Below are positions 62,079-64,000 of a stretch of 64,000 nucleotides of DNA, one piece after another. Positions within the stretch are counted from its first letter, which is position 1. Each line of letters starts with the position of its first letter. The notes under the pieces are model-generated. The model saw only the letters and a list, made by a program, of their open reading frames with translations. It was not told the DNA's origin and did not search any database. The position numbers were made by a program, and so were the translations under genes. This stretch comes from Planctomycetota bacterium (GTDB lineage Bacteria; Planctomycetota; UBA1135; UBA2386): the NCBI GenBank assembly GCA_014192625.1, contig BJHM01000001.1, positions 187,725-251,724 of the forward strand, written 5' to 3'.

Positions 62079-62105
62079 TGCTCTGCACGCTTGGCGTGCA
62101 GAGCA
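62079..62105 (+). promoter_or_regulatory. perfect 12-bp inverted repeat (hairpin) in the 5' leader
   Basis: TGCTCTGCACGC-ttg-GCGTGCAGAGCA ends 20 nt before ATG 62126. It is followed by GTTTATTC, which is not a strong U-tract. Confidence 0.5.
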
Positions 62106-62125
62106 GTTTATTCAGCGGTAATCCC

Positions 62126-64000
62126 ATGAAGTCCTCAGCAAAAATCGCGGTCTTATTCGTGCTATCAGGGGTCGGCACCTCGATATGGCTGCTGCAGGGC
62201 AGGGATGCCACACCGCCGCAGGCGCCAGCTAATGCTGTCTCGAATGAATCTGCATCGTCGGTTGCAGTCTTAGAAGGCACGGCCCATCGGGACGCGGCGG
62301 ATCGTTCGGCTTTGTTGCCCGCGGCCAAGGTTGCCGAGAGTCTGCTCGAGCACGGGTTCGCCTATGCGCTCGATGTCGAGGTGATCGATCGAACCGGGCT
62401 ACCCGTGGTTGGTGCCAAAGTTCTGCTCGCGCCGATTCGTTGTCGGCTAGATGAAGTGGCGCAGCGCACCGATGACTCCGGCAGATTGCATGTCGAGTGG
62501 CGCGGTCGCTCGGCCGCAATGGCGATGGTGATTGCAACGACTGCCAGTGAGCAGCGCGATTCGATGTGCCAGTTGCTGGTGCAGAGCGGCAGCCCTAGGC
62601 GCATCGTGCTCGGTGGGCGCAGAGGGAGCGGTGGCGCTACCTTGCACCTTGTCAGCGGTGGTGACAGTCTGGGCGGGGGTGGGATGACGTTTATGATCGA
62701 GGGCGGCTCTGGCAATACCGATCTCAACCAGTTGTTGTCGTCGATTGTGCTGCAACAATCGTCGTTCGACGACAACCCGAAAATGCGTGCAGGCCTGCAT
62801 CCCTTTGCCAGCTTTGGTGACGTGCAGCTCTTGGCGCCAGTTGGTAAAAAAGACTCCGGCGCGACAGTGCTCAGCAGGCACGGGTTGAGCTTCAATCTTG
62901 GTGGTGGTGAATTCAGTTTTGGGGTGACCCAGCCAACTGAAAAAGCCGCGGGTGCCGTGGAGGGTGCTGTGCTACAGCCCGCTCGCATTGCCGGCATTGT
63001 CTATGGCGAAGACGGCAAGCCGGTAGCGCGCTGTCCGGTTTGTTGGGGCACGGATGTGGATCGGCCAAAGAAGCGCACCGAGACCGACGAAGCCGGAGTG
63101 TTCAAGTTTGACAGCGTGCCCGAGGGCAAACTGGAATTGCGTGCCGGAGGTGCGCTTGCTGGGATGCAGCACGCCGCGGTGTCGACAGCGCGCGGCGTTC
63201 TGACGAAGGTCATCATCAATCTAAAGCGCGAGATCACTGTGCGCGGCAAAGTGATCGGGGAAGATAACAAGCCGGTCCCCGGTTGTCGCATCGAATGGGT
63301 TGGCACCAATAACCTCTGGACCGACTCCGCAACGTCGCAGCAGGATGGTGCGTTTTGGATCACCAATCTGCCGGGCGGTGAAGGTCAGTTACTGTTGTGG
63401 AGCGAGGACGATGCGGTGCATCTGCCCGTCGCGTGGATCACCGTGCTGCCAGATAGCACCATGCTGACGCTGCATCGTGACTCGACGATCACCAGTGGTC
63501 AGATTGTGCTGGAGCCGCTGCTGCCTGATGGCTGCGACAAGGCCGCAATTGAGGCGCGCATTTTTCAGGAGGAAACTGGCCGCGGTTCGGCCATGGCTAA
63601 GATTGAGAACAGCAACCAGTTTTCGATCCAGCACCTCGCCGTTGGTTGGTATCACGTCGAGCTGGGCGGACCTGGCCTTGGGTGGGTCGATGCCGGTCGT
63701 CATTACGTCGATGGCAAGAACAAGGTTGATCTCGGTCGGTTGCAGTTGCTCAGTCCGGGCACTGCGCGGTTGCAGTTGCCAGCGGCAGCGCTGGAGCCGC
63801 ACGTCGGCACCAGCCTGAAAGTGACAGCTGGCGCAGGCACGGCTATTGAGGGACAGCCTTCGGCCAGTGTCGAGATTTATGTTAGGCGTGCAGACACCGA
63901 TGTGCGGGTCGAAGAGCTTGCGATTGCGGCGCTGGGACAGCCGCTCGTGCTCGCGCCCGGCGATTACTTTGTGATGTGGAAGCTCGAGTCTGGCGAGACT
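62126..64000 (+). CDS. membrane-anchored protein with multiple carboxypeptidase-regulatory-like (CarboxypepD_reg) domains, 5' part (continues beyond right edge)
   Basis: Not in the ORF track because it is open-ended. I translated 625 codons by hand without meeting a stop. N-terminal anchor MKSSAKIAVLFVLSGVGTSIWLL. Repeated units of the type VIDRTGLPVVGAKVLL..TDDSGRLHV, GIVYGEDGKPVARCPV..TDEAGVFKFDSVPEGKLEL and VRGKVIGEDNKPVPGCRIEW..QDGAFWITNLPGGEGQLLL. Confidence 0.75.
   Translation, partial: MKSSAKIAVLFVLSGVGTSIWLLQGRDATPPQAPANAVSNESASSVAVLEGTAHRDAADRSALLPAAKVAESLLEHGFAYALDVEVIDRTGLPVVGAKVLLAPIRCRLDEVAQRTDDSGRLHVEWRGRSAAMAMVIATTASEQRDSMCQLLVQSGSPRRIVLGGRRGSGGATLHLVSGGDSLGGGGMTFMIEGGSGNTDLNQLLSSIVLQQSSFDDNPKMRAGLHPFASFGDVQLLAPVGKKDSGATVLSRHGLSFNLGGGEFSFGVTQPTEKAAGAVEGAVLQPARIAGIVYGEDGKPVARCPVCWGTDVDRPKKRTETDEAGVFKFDSVPEGKLELRAGGALAGMQHAAVSTARGVLTKVIINLKREITVRGKVIGEDNKPVPGCRIEWVGTNNLWTDSATSQQDGAFWITNLPGGEGQLLLWSEDDAVHLPVAWITVLPDSTMLTLHRDSTITSGQIVLEPLLPDGCDKAAIEARIFQEETGRGSAMAKIENSNQFSIQHLAVGWYHVELGGPGLGWVDAGRHYVDGKNKVDLGRLQLLSPGTARLQLPAAALEPHVGTSLKVTAGAGTAIEGQPSASVEIYVRRADTDVRVEELAIAALGQPLVLAPGDYFVMWKLESGET

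Overview
This is a 64 kb chromosomal segment from a high-GC bacterium. Hand counts of several 60-nt lines give about 60-65% GC in most genes. The organism makes LPS (kdsB is present). The gene content includes many signal-peptide proteins of unknown function, HEAT, TPR and carboxypeptidase-regulatory-like repeats, a Cys-framed NDEC...CNDDSC domain, an ECF sigma factor and sigma-54 activators. This is reminiscent of PVC/Planctomycetota-like genomes, but that is a low-confidence inference. I call about 48 protein genes, and two of them run off the window edges and are missing from the ORF track (pyrG at the left, a carboxypeptidase-regulatory-repeat protein at the right). There are 2 tRNAs (Thr-CGU, Arg-ACG), several intrinsic terminators and four intergenic tandem-repeat arrays. 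I saw no rRNA, CRISPR, transposase, integrase, reverse transcriptase or phage genes. Recognisable housekeeping genes are pyrG, kdsB, cls, thiolase, two cyclophilins, crotonase, pabB/pabC, pcrA/uvrD, meaB, P5C dehydrogenase, queG, a ClC channel, a D-aminoacylase and a GDPD. Many ORF-track entries are 5'-over-extended or antisense artefacts typical of high-GC DNA, so I trimmed starts using ATGA/GTGA couplings, Shine-Dalgarno-like sequences and homology. The strongest hunt result concerns two secreted-protein genes 23 kb apart (15283..17013 and 38626..41919). They share an uncharacterised ~330-350 aa C-terminal module. Each is preceded by the same ECF-type promoter motif, TGGAACC-N14/15-CCGTC, which suggests a small dedicated regulon. 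Other candidates: (1) a higher-order repeat (9-bp arrays plus two identical 104-bp blocks) with a possible degenerate copy on the other side of tRNA-Thr; (2) an AAA-only sigma-54 activator translationally coupled to pcrA; (3) a translationally coupled operon of a thioredoxin-like/alpha-alpha-toroid protein, a NUDIX-MBL fusion and an SGNH hydrolase; (4) a module of kinase-like protein, extended ECF sigma, ZAS-TPR anti-sigma and Gly8 secreted protein; (5) an FHA-TM-CAP fusion protein; (6) a low-GC island carrying a GT-C glycosyltransferase. All functional calls rest on motif recognition by eye, and no database search was run.
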